Part shown: positions 1-13,600 of the stretch, piece by piece
How positions within the stretch are numbered: the stretch's first letter is position 1
How the letters are laid out: the number at the start of each line of letters is the position of its first letter
Origin: Tubiluchus corallicola
Taxonomy: Eukaryota > Animalia > Priapulida
DNA: 64,000 bases
Direction of reading: 5' to 3'
Assembly (NCBI GenBank): GCA_030141605.1
Contig: JAQGDQ010000996.1
Location: forward strand, 7,556 to 71,555
Notes under the pieces: generated by a model
Database searches by the model: none
What the model was told of the DNA's origin: nothing
The model's input: the letters and a program-made list of their open reading frames with translations, nothing else
Translations under genes and position numbers: made by a program

Positions 1-1334
1 AGACTTCACTAAAACAAAAATTTGAGTGTTCACAAAATCATCCAGGGTATAGTTTTCGTGTGGGAACAAACATACAAGTTCATTTGATGCAAGACTGTAA
101 ACATTGATGTTAAAAGCTGACAAAAGAGTGCAGAGATTTGTAAATAAGTCGTGTCTGGCCTGGTGGTAAAGAGGGCAGCTAATTAAGTTTAAGATGCACG
201 TCTAAAATTTGGCTGTATTAACGTTTCATACCATTTCACGAAATAACATTTCAAAATGCAAAGTTGTAAAATAATCCAAATTCCATTAAGCAGCGCATAC
301 TCTACTTCTTGTTTTAAAATCGCACATCAAAGTTGTATAACTATGTAGTTAGTTATAGTTCTAGTAGGCGATAAAATGCTAAATAAAATGTTAAATAACG
401 TAAAACAACTTGGATAGCTAAGATAAATAAAGATGTTCAACAATTTCAACCAAATCTATATTTAGGAATAGAAGAACTTACGCTGGTCACTGCAGATAGA
501 AGTGGGTGGAATGTTCTGATAAAGGTTGATGCATCAATGCCTACAATAGGTGGAATGAGACTTTGAAGAAGGCAAAAAAATCTTCAAAGCAGCATCATCT
601 CATTTATCTATTTACCTGTCTTGTGGAGCATAAATATCTTCATTCGACCTTGCTTTGTACTACTTCCATAAATTTCTATCTCTTCCTACACTCTCAGTAA
701 GACGGCAATTTTTCAAATGAACGACTTATTGTAAGTTTAACCATATGTCCTTTCTAGCTGTAGTAGCTGTCACTTTTTAACAGTTTTTTACCAATAGAAA
801 TACCGAGTCAACTAGTACACAAAGTATGGCTTTGGGAAGTATGTTTTTACTATAGAAAATCTGTCGGCTTTCGTCAATTCGGCTTGCATCAATGTTCTGG
901 TAGAGTTAATGCAACATTATCAGCTTGAGTTTGGGGGAGATGGAGACATTTACCCAGCCAATCTAGAACCTATAGTTGCCCAATGACTGATGACGAACAA
1001 GACGAGGACCATGTACTCTGTGTGGGTCCTATAACTGCTCATCTTAGACAGCAACCTAGCGAATTTCGGATATAGACACGTCATCGCTAACATCTATATT
1101 TGCATGTAGTGACACTTCTAAACAATTTGAATATGTACATAAATGTTTGTTATTATTTCCCAGAATGCCTATGCATAGTTAGACATAAGGAAACCATTTT
1201 GCATTACCATTGCTGCCTACAATACTACTTGCATTTCATTTTGCTAAAAGTTTTTTTTAACATGCACCCAATTTGTATTTACGTGACGTCACTGCCTTGT
1301 TATGGATGAACTTCTTCCACCTACCCTGAAATTT

Positions 1335-1765
1335 CAGGGTTGCCACAAAATTTTAAAATAAATTTCCCTGACTTTTCCATTTTCCATGACCAAGATAAGC
1401 AGAAATTCTATTAACCAATATACGTATTTAAACATTTTTGTGTATGAACGTTCATGTATATACTGATATATAATGTGTCGGCTAATGAAACTGCACTGAT
1501 CACATTAAACAAACTTTCTTAATCCAATCATTGTTTTTGGAACAGAAGCCGAAACTTGGAGCCTGCTGTAGCAAAATTTCATTTGAACACGAATCGCTGA
1601 AAAATATTTTTGGAAAAATATTGGTTCACGGTGATTATTTTTGCAAGCCTTTCCGATTTCCCCCATTTTGACTTTTCGCCCCATTTTCATCTTTTTCCCT
1701 GACTTTCCCATGGCTTTCCAGGATATCCTGTATTTCCAGGATTTTCCCTGAAAGTGGGAACCCTG
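1335..1765. mobile_element. Non-autonomous DNA transposon (MITE), superfamily unassigned
   Basis: TIRs CAGGGTTGCCAC ... GTGGGAACCCTG (11/12 match); AATTT on both flanks (possible 5-bp TSD); subterminal TTTTCC(C/A) repeats. Confidence 0.7.
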
Positions 1766-1854
1766 AATTTGTAACCTCATTATAATTTTGTTGGCCAATA
1801 AATTACACACATACATACATCATCAATTCGGCGTGCATCAATGCTACCGTAGAG

Positions 1855-2500
1855 TTAATGCTGCGTTAACAAGTGTCAAACTATCACGTTAATACTGCGT
1901 TAACCGTGTGTCAAACTAACGCTTTAATGCTTCGTTAACAAGAGTCAAACTAACACTTTAATGCTGTGTTAACAACTATCAAACTATCACTTTAATGCTG
2001 CGTTAACAAGTGTCAAACTATCACTTTAATGCTGCGTTAACAAGTGTCAAATTATCACTTTAATGCTGCGTTAACAAGTGTCAAATTATCACTTTAATGC
2101 TGTGTTAACAAGTGTTAAACTATCACTTTAATGCTGTGTTAACAAGAATTAAACTATCACTTTAATGCTGCGTTAACAAGTGTCAAACTATGACTTTAAT
2201 GCAGCATTAACCGTGTGTCAAACTAACACTTTAATGCTTCGTTAACAAGTGTCAAACTAACACTTTAATGCTGCGTTAACAAGTGTCAAACTATCACGTT
2301 AACAAGTGCCAAACTATCACTTTAATGCTGTGCGTTAACAAGTGTCAAACTATCACTTTAATGCTGCGTTAACAAGTGTCAAACTATCACTTTAATGCTG
2401 CGTTAACAAGTGTCAAACTATCACTTTAATGCTGCGTTAATACGTATCAAACTATTACTTTAATGCTGTATTAATGTGTCAAACTATCACTTCAATGCTG
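1855..2500. repeat. 34-bp minisatellite, roughly 19 copies
   Basis: Unit TTAATGCTGCGTTAACAAGTGTCAAACTATCACT seen directly; leftover units at about 3240-3297. Confidence 0.95.
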
Positions 2501-2505
2501 CATGT

Positions 2506-3236
2506 TGGGTGATGAGTAGGGCACTAGCCGAAGTAGGACAATTGGCGTACATGGGCTAACCCAAGTAGGACACGTCATACATGTGCTAGCCCAGTAGGAC
2601 ACTAGAGACAGCTCACGAATTGAGTCATACTGGCTGCATCTGATGTCTTTGTTTATTTAATAATAATAACCGAAAACATCAAAACACGTTGAATAATTTA
2701 TTATACATCTGACAAAATAAAACAATCTTATTCTGAGCTAGCAGAACGACTAATATTAAATCTGGTTTCAATATTAATCTTTTTGAAGTGAAATAAGCCC
2801 GCTTTTAGGCGATTCCAACACTTGCATAACAAGGTTTCGTAATCTTTTATTTTGTCTTGTTTCACTACCTCTTGGACAAATAATTGCTTTCTACTAAGTA
2901 AACGGGCTAGCGAGCTATGTTCCCTACATAGTTCTCTCTTTAAAGCATTAGAAACTTAGCTTAATGTTATGATGATATTAATGGAGCTAATAATAATGAT
3001 GATATTATTGTAAAAAATACATTTGTAAATTGTCAAGGACTATCCATCATTATTATGGAGTTCTTTTTTTCAAAAACAAATTTAGTTTATTTATTAGGTC
3101 ATAATTCTCGATTCTTGACAGAAATCGCCAGTGCCCTAATTGGACTGCCTATGTATGACACTGCTTTTATGCAAATTTAGCACATACGCTTTAGCGGATG
3201 TGTCCTACTTTGGCTAGTGGCATATGCCGCACCCTA
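2506..3236. mobile_element. MITE-like element inserted into the 34-bp array
   Basis: Inverted ends CACTAGCCGAAGTAGGACA (about 2522) and TGTCCTACTTTGGCTAGTG (about 3201); array units resume after 3240. Confidence 0.55.
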
Positions 3237-4480
3237 GACTACATTAACATGTGTCAATCACTTTAGTGCTGCATTAACATGTGTCAAACTATCACTGTGT
3301 GAGAAGCTTTAGTTCGTTTTATCAAGGATGTCACAGCTACATTTTCACAAAAATACCTAAGAATACAGAACAATATAATATATTTACGATACATAATTAA
3401 TAATGATGTCTGATATTTCAGTGGCATAGTAAACTTATCAGAATAAAAATTTCAAATAAAAAACAATGATATCGCATTGTAACTTCCAAACGCTCGAAAA
3501 ACGCTAGACTACCGGAGAGATAGTCTCGGACGATCCGCATGCTGAGAATTACAGTACAGCACTACTCTAGTGATAGTGGGTATTCGTACTCGTAGTACTA
3601 GTAGAGTTTTCAAAGGCGCATTGTCAGGTACATAGATAAAAGTACAATTACCAAAATCCTAGATTACCTCTACTAACGATATATAAAAAAACAGATGTTT
3701 TTCTTACATTTTGGTTTTCAGTTTTTTCGACGTAATTTTCCAGCATATCCTCCATGGCGATATAGAAAACGTCACTTGCAAGATGGACAAACATGAGACC
3801 TGCGGAATAGGTTATCCAGTAAAAACGAGTCATTATTTCAAAACAGTGTCCGACACTAATTAGAGACAATGTTTGCTCATATCTATGGCCTGTATCACAA
3901 AATTTATGTTAGATGGTATCAGTTAAAAAAAATTAAAAGCTATTTAACAAATCAGTGAATTTTTCCTTTTCTTTTCTCGTAGTTTTTTCTCATATCATGT
4001 ACTAACCCATAACTCTAAACCTATGCTTATTTCTGTTCCACCTCTCAAGTGTCCATCAAGCTAGGCTTCATAGGTACTTGTAACACAATAATTATGTTTT
4101 ACTGTAATTTTCTTTTGAACATTTACATTATTTTATATTGTCACTTTGATTTTGGTATGTGTTGTGGAATAAATGATTCTTGAACAATACTAGTTAATTT
4201 AGTCTTCACTGGGAATTCATATTCTGCAGCAAATTGCAAATTATCCTCCATGAACACTCAATTATTGATGAAAACAGGTATACAAGCTAAATAAAATTTA
4301 GAATAATGTATTCGTTTGCCTTCAAAATAAACACAGAAAACTACAATTATAAGAATATTCTCCAATGTTTAAAGAAGGATTGATGAAATTATGAATCTTC
4401 AAATGAAATAAATACATAATTCAAATAGAAGGAAAACAGCATATTAGTGTAACAAAATATAATTTATTTATAACAGTAAG

Positions 4481-5176
4481 TCAGAATTTTTCAAGTATCC
4501 TGAAATGATTTTCAATTGATCGTCTCTCATTATTAAAGTGTACAGTCCTATGTACTGTTTTTCCCATTTTTAGCAATACAGATGTAAATAGTCCCTCTTC
4601 TTCACCGATCCATGGTCTACTGCTGTCATTTATTTGATATGGAGTAACATGAACATTTACTTCAATATCACTTTCTACTAATGGCACAAGTATCTTTTCT
4701 TCTGTTATCCATGTTTGTTTTTCACCTGGGTGTCCACCATCGAGCCAATACATCGATTTAATCTGCGAAACAAAGCGAGACAAGATTCCCGATTCCTTAG
4801 CTGCTGACAGTTCATGCAGGAATTGGTTGAGAACAACACAGCCCTTGCTGAAACCTATTATAATTATTGAAACATTGTCTAATTCAGCACCCTGGCAAAT
4901 ACTTCCAGCGGACGTTGAACTCGGATGGCCTTGACGCAAACGAAAAACATTCTCTAGTAAGGCTTTAACATGTTCAAAAGCAGAAAGTTTGTGAGAGTAT
5001 TTAGGTGCTCCAAATTTATTACAGTTCACAAAATTCTTGTAGCAAGCATATGTCTCTTGGTACAAGAATGCAGGTTTCACAACTAGTATTTCACTGTTTG
5101 GAAACCTGTGGTGTAATAATAACGTTACGGCATCCAAATTCCATGCATTGTATTTAAACATACTTTCTGCAAAGTC
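4481..5176 (-). CDS. C2orf69: C2orf69/UPF0565 mitochondrial protein homologue, last coding exon
   Basis: Motifs IGFSKGCVVLNQ, MYWLDGGH, HVTPYQ, RPWIGEE and HFRIL match the family as I recall it; acceptor tcag|GAC at 5176; stop at 4481. Confidence 0.9.
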   Translation of the reverse strand, partial: DFAESMFKYNAWNLDAVTLLLHHRFPNSEILVVKPAFLYQETYACYKNFVNCNKFGAPKYSHKLSAFEHVKALLENVFRLRQGHPSSTSAGSICQGAELDNVSIIIIGFSKGCVVLNQFLHELSAAKESGILSRFVSQIKSMYWLDGGHPGEKQTWITEEKILVPLVESDIEVNVHVTPYQINDSSRPWIGEEEGLFTSVLLKMGKTVHRTVHFNNERRSIENHFRILEKF

Positions 5177-6249
5177 CTGAAAAATAAAAACTGTGCAAAC
5201 ACACTGCAAAACCTGCTAAAAGCTCCTGAAAATAACCATCCTTAAACACAAGCAATAAAAATGTTAAAACAGAAAACAAGAGACGATGTTCTCCTTCCAA
5301 AAGTTTCACCCTAATACATTGTCCTAAAAGATATTCACATAATTTTACCAAATCAGGAAAGAGATGGGACCAGATTCTATTTATGGATTTGCCAAACTCT
5401 GTATCTTGATATTTTGAGAAAGTCATAGATCAAGAGAGATGTACGTCCAAGCAGAAGTCAGAAATCAATTCTGGGAGCTGACAAAACTTTCAGCAGAATT
5501 CAAACTAAAGCCGAGTTCAGACATAATTTACAATCATCTTAAGTCCAGGGATGTTTAGATTTCATCATGATCTGACTAAAAAAACAGTTCAGCCCAAAAT
5601 TCAGCCCAGGTTGGGAAGAGGCTAACAGTTAAGTAGTAATACCTACGTCACAAGTAGGATGTAACCAAAGTGACAGAGAGGAGTGTCGGTATAACTGAAG
5701 CCATAGTGCTCTTACATGATTATTTTCATATTGCGTCCCAGCAAAAAGTGATTTAAGTGAGCCACATAAAACCAGTGTTTGTTAACATAAGTTTAAGACT
5801 TTCAAGGATCAGTACCTAACATAAGGTAACAAAGTTTTATTATGCGAAGAATTACAATTTTAAATCACTTAAAGCCATTTCTTAATGTTAATCAACATTC
5901 GCAAAAGTATAGTGGCTGTATTGACAATGAAAATATGAATAGGTGGTAAAAATACTAATAAATCTAACATTGCAGATGTTCAATTTTTAAAATTTTTATG
6001 GGGTTTTGTGACTTTTGCAGCAACTCCGTCCCTTGCCCAAATTACCTCTCCTAGACCATCAATAGGACAACAACTCGTAGTCCTTGGGATATTTACACAA
6101 TTTTCCACATCTGCCCGGAAAAATATTGTGCATGTTCATTAAAATAATCTGATCTCACACATTCATATTTGCAAAATAAGAATGCAATATAAATCATTTA
6201 AAACTAGTTAAGAAACAATAATCGTTAGCGTAATACCATTATATGATAC

Positions 6250-6426
6250 CTGTATGTCTCCGGGAAAAAATATGACAATGCTACTTGTGTGTGCATCAGA
6301 AACAGCTGGGTGATATAAAACAGTATTTGATGCACCTTTATAACCCGGAACATTAAGCCATCGTTCCACGCTAGGTGTGCGCTGACTACTTGGTATTCGA
6401 CATTGTGCAACTGAATTTCCAGCCAT
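6250..6426 (-). CDS. C2orf69: C2orf69 homologue, first coding exon (start may be ATG 6426 or 6495)
   Basis: Ends IVIFFPGDIQ|gtatc in phase 0, like FPGDVQ in the family; joins in frame to the exon at 5176. Confidence 0.8.
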
Positions 6427-6499
6427 AACGTTCTTGACAAAAAATGAAGCCACTATCGAACTTTGAAAAGAAAGCTGAAAGAAAACTTTAATCATTGCT

Positions 6500-6960
6500 G
6501 TAACTTATTCTGATGCATCTTTTGGTCGTGTTATAAAAGCTAAACTCGCTAGTTAACCGTAAAATGTTACCGAAAATTAGATTATTTTAATTAACTTAGT
6601 AAACCATGCGAAAACCACGTGTAAGCCAGCTACATGCGTAATGCACATTCAGTTTTATTCATGCACACAAAAAAGTAGTCGACGGAAAAAGGACTATTTG
6701 ATTCGAAGAAACTCAATTTGTTTTGGTTTATTTGACATCTCAGCTGTCTTTAAACGCTCCAACCACGTAAAAATTAGATAAAAATGAGGTTTGTATAGCA
6801 GCAGCAAATAAAACGTGTTTCTTCTACTGATCCTAAAAACTACATTCCTTTCCTGACAGTATGCTTATTACTAGTATTACTGTTAATTTTATTTCTTTTT
6901 TATTTGTTATGGGAAAAATTACGAACAAATAGACAGATTGGTCATTTTGCGCGTCACGCC
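6500..6960. promoter_or_regulatory. Probable bidirectional promoter between C2orf69 (-) and NAP1 (+)
   Basis: Head-to-head genes with starts about 1.2 kb apart; E-box CACGTG near 6617; CpG-containing GCGCGTCACGCC near 6948; candidate non-coding NAP1 exon 1 donor GCG|gtaaag near 7009 (inferred). Confidence 0.5.
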
Positions 6961-7683
6961 GTCTTTCTTTGCGAGTTTTGTTTGCTGCGAAAAATTTTCA
7001 GTAAAGGCGGTAAAGTGGATTGTTCTGTGAAGCTTCAGTTTAAAATTTTCTTTGTCACATAAACTGTAGGTTTCTGCTGTCTGCGTGTTTTCATTTATTA
7101 TGTTATCATTTCTGTTTTTAGAGGGTTGAATGATTTTCAGTTTCATTGTTTGAACGTCATGGCAGGTTTGCCAGTCATTTGGGCATATTTTTAAGAATGT
7201 TGACGTAATTAATAGCACACAAAAGTGTGATGTAGTTTCTGGAGCATAATGGAACAGTTTCATTCGTTGTGGATTTCGACTTTCACCAGATAAACAAAAT
7301 TAGTTTAGTTTCTTGACGTTTTTATCTGTGCTAAACAAGTGAAATTGCTAAAGTGAATGTTAATTCACGTGACAGAGTGAAAGTGTGTCAATTTATTAAT
7401 AATCAGTCATTTTATAATTGTTTTAGTTGATTTTTTTGTAACATTAATCGAAGATAATGCTATTGCCAATATACAGTTAGCCCCTTAAGTTGTATATGAT
7501 TGGTATACTGCCTCTTGTTTTGAAAACGTAGGTTTTTAATTTGCAAATAAAGATCTATGTGAATACTGTCTATGAATAGACATTGTTTTACATTGTATTT
7601 TTTATAGTGTATAGCCTACAGAACAAATAATATCTGTAAACCTGTTTATAAATGCTTTATAGCCACTCCATTGATTATAATTG

Positions 7684-10600
7684 ATGGCCGACAACAGGAC
7701 AGAAGAGGCCATGGAGGCAGGTGTACCAATCGATGTCGATGAAGAAGCCGCTCACGCTGATGGTGAAAAAGAGGACGATTCTACAGAAGCCATCATTGAC
7801 ACGCGATTAGGGAAACTGACCTCTCAAGCTTTGCAGAACCCGCAGGTTTTAGCCGCATTACAGGAAAGATTGGGCCAAATGGCTGGAGCATCGAGTGGTT
7901 ACATAGAGAGGTAATAAATCTCTAACTTTTTACATTGTATGTTGCATAATGTTCGTTATTTGTAATTAATTAAATTCAATGTGCAGTACGTCTTGTAGGG
8001 ATGTTAAATGTTACAAATTTGGAGATACGATAACGATATATGATACTTTTCCAACAATACGATAAAGATTTTTAAACTATTTTTAGATGATACGATAAGT
8101 TATTTCCAACGATAAAAGCGATACTGAAGTTAGATTATTTAATGCAATAACAGAAAAGTATCAATAATTAAAATTATTAAACGCTTTAGTGCATTTAATG
8201 CTTTATGTTTATATGACTGCTAATTATGAAACACAAGTTTGTTTGTCATTATGATTCATAAATAAGTAAGCTGCGACAGATAAACATGCTACTATGGTAA
8301 AAATATTTGTCTATGCGAGCTGCACATGAACGGGAAAGTGACACCAAAAATACAGTACAGTGCATTTGACATCCGCACATCAGTACGGAAGTATATAAAG
8401 GGGGTTCTCTATAGTTTGTCAGTATAACTGAGAATGAAGATAGCCGTTGTTGCCAGGCGAACGTATAAGAAAATGATTTGGCGTCTGACAAGCCTATAAT
8501 TTTAAATAAGTTTTTTTATCCACTTCTTTTGCGTAATTACCATAAATAGAAAAGCGAAGCGACTTTGTAAAGGTAAACGGTAAGCAACGATTTGGTACAA
8601 TAATGATATTCCTACAATAATGTCGATACGATAATGATAAAAACAATTTTTTTTTATCGATACAGTATTCAATAATTATCGGTGTGTTATAATTATGGAT
8701 ACGTGTTGTCATCATTACCATCCCTGCGGCTGTGTACTCAAAGGTGAAATTGGTGTCAATGTTACATTTTAGTATCTGGTAAATGATGAAATTATCAAGC
8801 TTTGTTGATTGTTAAGGGGAAGAAAAGGCAATTTTAAAGCACATGACAAAAACTTTCCTTACAAAGTTACATTACTTAGTGTTGTGTTTATCTACTTGAA
8901 AGACCCTTATAACTAGAAAAGAAAATTCTTGGTAATTTAAACTATTCGTGCCAACTGATAAAATGTCACTGACTCATCTTCTCCACTGGCTCACCAAAAA
9001 TGTATCTTTAATCTTATTGACAAGATAAAGTAAATATATATACTTTTGCTTAGTCATTGAAGTGTGCGCTACAAATGCTTTTAAGTGTTTTTTCAAACAT
9101 TATGCTTTGTTATCTAAACTTGTCGGTACGGTATGTCTTTACAGTAGTTTAAATTTACTAGTATGTATGCATACTAGTAAATGCATAAATGTAGCTCTGT
9201 ATGCATTAAGATGAGATGTAAGTGATTTTTTAAGCTTTATTTATGAAGACGAATTTTTAAGCTCTATTTATGAAAGTGTTTTCTTGTGCCTTATAATCTT
9301 ATTAGGAGTGTTTACAAGAAATTTAATGCTACATTGGTTGAGCAGAAGCTTTTTCCTGATTTGGAATTTCTGTTGGCAGTCCTATCAAATGTACCCCCCC
9401 CCCCAATATACAGAAAAGTTTTTTTCCACTCGCTGCGTTCTCATTGGTAAGTGAAATACCCGTATTAAATGTAGCAGAAATCTGTGTTTTTTGTAAAAAT
9501 ATTCAAGCAAAATTTTTCTGCAAATCAAGTGTTCTAGAAGGAATCGAGCCTATAAATAATTTTTGCGAGAAGTTGATTTTTTGGGAAAATTTTAATTTTG
9601 TTGAAAAGCTTCTGGAAAGAGGTTTGGCAAAAAACTGATCCGGATCTAGTGTATGCCCTCCACAACTTATGCGGATCCAGTGTGCGCCCTTTACAAGTGA
9701 TGCAGATCCAGTGTACGCCCTCCACAACTGATGTGGATCCAGTGTATGCTCTCCACAACTGACGTGGATCCAGTGTACGCCCTCCAAACTGATGTGGATC
9801 CAGTGTATACTCTCCACGACTGATGTGGCTCCAGTGTACACCCTCCACAACTGATGCAGATCCAGTGTACGCCCTCCACAACTGATGTGGATCCAGTGTA
9901 CTCCCTCCACAACTGATGTGGATCCAGTGTATGCCCTCCACAACTGACACCCTTTTGCTTTTATTTAGCATGTAACATTCCTTTGTAATGTGCACTAACT
10001 GGAAGCTCTGGACTGATGTAATTTTACGTAAAATGTTTTGGTTTAAATTATTTAGGCTTAATGTGGTCAGAATTAGAATTTAATGGAGTACGAATTGAGA
10101 TCAGTATCAAGTATTTAGAAAGTATCCTAACGCATAAAAATGTTAATCCTTTGTATTATGCTTTACTTCAGAACTTCAGTTTGTAAATTGTTTGATTCCA
10201 GCCTTCCAAAAGTGGTTAAACGACGCATTAAGGCTCTCAAGAAGCTGCAAGCCACCTCTACAGACATAGAGGCAAGATTCTATGAAGAAGTTCACTTGTT
10301 GGAATGCAAATACGCTGTAGAATACACGCCATTATTTGAAAAGGTATGCTGTAATCTGCATGGGAAAAATTTGCTAAACAAAATTCAAATACCGTACATT
10401 TGGAATTGCATCTGTGGATTTTAAATTGTTTATAGTGTATAAGGTAGACTTTGTGTGCTAGTGCTGGCCAGGAAAACATATCGATTAAATTTCTAATAAG
10501 TTGTACAAACCTATTTCAGGGATGTTACTGAAACTGAAATTACAAAGTGAAACCGTTATTTGTGAAACGTGGGAAACCATTAGTGCCAAGGCAAAACCAT

Positions 10601-13600
10601 TAACTGTTGTGGCTTTAAAAAAAAATTATATTTTGTAATTGTGTGCTTTTATTGCAAAACCGTCCGTAAGTCGGGAATTAACGTTTTCTAGTTATTCACA
10701 TACCATGAATCTCCATTTCATGAGGAGTATTTTGATACCAAATTCATTTGATACCAAGACTTGAAAACAGAAAAAATCCGAAGCAAAATGACAGCTTCCA
10801 CGAGCTAGTATCAGAGTTTTAAAATACAAGTTTTTTGCAATTGCAGTACTAGTTTCTAGGCAGTGATATGGGCACGTGGTTATAAAAATACATTTTTATT
10901 ATTTTTTGGACCTTTTCTTGATAATTTGATGTTAAACTATAAAAGTCCAATATACGTAGCATTTGTTTTTATAAAAAACAGAAAATCGACATAAGACCAA
11001 AATTTTGGTGCATTCTACTTTGAAGCATCATACCGTAGTTTTAACTATTCCAACTTATGGACAGTTTTGGTTTGTTAGCACACAAATATTTTCTTACCTA
11101 TGTTTCCTAAATTGTAAAATAACATTGAAATTATACTTTCATATTTTGGTTAAATTATAACTGGAAACGTTGAAGTTTCACATTTGTCAGCACTGAAGAT
11201 ATGCCACATTGCCATAAATATCTAACTTCAACATGCACACTACATGAAATTTTCACTTAATTTGAACTATTTTACCCAACATTTCGCAGCGGGTTTTAAC
11301 ATGTAGGAGAAAATAAAATTTAAACTGAATAAACGCTACTAAAACCCCGGAAAAGTACTACCAGAAATTACCCCAAAAATTCCGCTATGCAACCTAATAA
11401 ATTCGATGAAAACAAACCTAAACTGAAATACAATAATTGGCAAACAACTGAGTCGTTTGCAGTTTGCTGTGATAGTTTCTCTTGCTTAAGCTATTGATTT
11501 ATTCTGAAAAGAAAAAGTGAAACTTGCTTGTCTTCAGTGTGGATTCGGAACTGCATCTCTGCTTTTGTGAAAGGAATTAAACTGGTAAAGTGCTGTCATT
11601 GTCAACACTAATTATTTTATTTACTTATTGGCTTGTTAAACTCATTCGGAATTTTGTAGTAAAGTGTATGTAAAAGTGTTCCTCCATAATTTCTGAAACG
11701 GTAAACATGATTTATGCGATATTTGTACTTTTGATTAACAAATTTATTACTGATCAAATATGTTTATTATTTCAGAGGAAAGATATTGTTAACGGGAAAG
11801 TTGAACCTACAGATGAGGAATGCGAGTGGCCATCAGACGAAGAAGAATTAGCGGTATGTACTAATCTTTTCTTAAAAGTTTCAAGAGATTAATAACCGTT
11901 TGGTTTCTATTGTCGTTGTCTAATTTAATTTATTTGTTTTATTGTTTATCGAGTTGTAGTCAGATTTGAAGTTGTATCTTCTCTGATTTAAATAAAAGAA
12001 GTTAGTATTCATGTGCAGTTCTCGTTAATACAGATTATGAATTAGTTATACATTTCATATTCTTTTATTTATTTCTTTTATGTCTTCCACATTTCTAGTT
12101 TGCATTTACTTATTTATAGTTTATAATAGCAGTGGGACATCAGCTTCATTTTTATAATCGATAGCCAGACATAAAATAGATTCAATAATTGATTATAATC
12201 TGTTTTCAGGCATTTGGTAATTTCGAAATTTTTGACTAATGACACTTTCAGTGCAGCAGGATTATTATCTTAATCACTGCTGTTTTAATTGCAATCTTGT
12301 TATAAAATTTAAAGTGTCAGGTTAGGAAAAAGTTCTAAACAAGTTCCTTTCATTAATGTGGAGTTTAAAAAAACAGTCCAATAACTGTCATCATTATTTA
12401 CGACGTCGTTCATACTACTTATTTTTTTTTTACAAAAAACCACCTGCTCCCGCTTGTGAGAAATCTTCGTGTCAGCTTCGCAGGGGGTTGAGGTTACTTC
12501 ACTTTACTGAAATGTGTACTATTTTTGGAACGGAAGTGGTGCTGACAAGGCCACTGGCATAGCAGTTATCTGGTATTTTGCTGTATTACTGCAGTGTCTA
12601 ACTGTCTTGAGGGCAGAAGTCTTTCATTTCATTCTGCCTGCTCTACAATAGACATAATGGACATATGATGACTATGTTTGCCATGCGATTTTAGTTGTGT
12701 TTTTTTTTGTGAAAAATAAGTGCTCGTGGCATTGCACTGGTAGTGCAATATCATGATTGCGGTAAAGTTTAGCAACACGGCATCACTTTTGCGTAGTAAA
12801 TTCAAGCCCTTCTGATGCCACTTAGACATGAAGGTTTCTCATAAACAGGATTTTGTAAAAAAAAATGATTATGTAGAAATGACGTCGCAAATGATAACAA
12901 CTGCGCTAATGAAATAAACTCATTTAAAACCTTTTCCTTACTTTATATTTACACCGACTACTGAAAAAAGGATAAATGGCCAGAAATAAAAGCCTGAATT
13001 GATTATGATTGACTAAATCGATTAATCAATCCTATCGCTACGATACAGGATATGAATATATTATAGGATAATATAAAGAATAAAGCTAGTATAGAAGATA
13101 CTCCTAAAGAAAAAGAGGACAAGGAGGACAAAGAAAAAGCAGGTAAAATTTTTTTGTAAGAAATGTTTCATGAAAACACTTGGTAACTTGTTGCATAATA
13201 AAAAGTACATAAATAAATGTTTGGATACTGGGAGAGTCCGTTTTTTCTAATACTCTTTGATAAAGGGGAGGAAAAGGCAATTTTAAACTATGTCCGAAAC
13301 AATTTTCCTCTGAAATTATGTTGCTTCGCATTGCGCTTACCTGCTTAAAAGACTTATGTAACTACATAGGAAAAATCTTAGTAATTTAAAATGTTTGTGC
13401 CAATTGGTAAAATGTCACTGACTCGCCTTCCCAGTGTGCTCCACTGACCCACAAAAAACACATTTTTAATCTTATTGACAAAATACAGTAAGTTACAAGA
13501 TACAATAAGTTTTTTACTTTTGCTTAGTCAGTGAAGTTTGTGCTACAAAAGCTCTTATTATACTTTCAAGCTTTATGCAATGTTACATAAACTTGTTTCA

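Noticed and set aside
1855-2500. CRISPR-like array (34-bp repeats; also the 31-bp array at 9638-9947)
   Set aside because: Units are directly adjacent with no unique spacers, there are no cas genes, and the context is eukaryotic; these are minisatellites
9503-9995. Repetitive 146/153-aa minus-strand ORFs
   Set aside because: Artefact of a stop-poor 31-bp tandem repeat inside a NAP1 intron
12545-12650. Two intronic hairpins ending near ACA (possible H/ACA snoRNA in a NAP1 intron)
   Set aside because: No H box in the hinge and no clear pseudouridylation pocket
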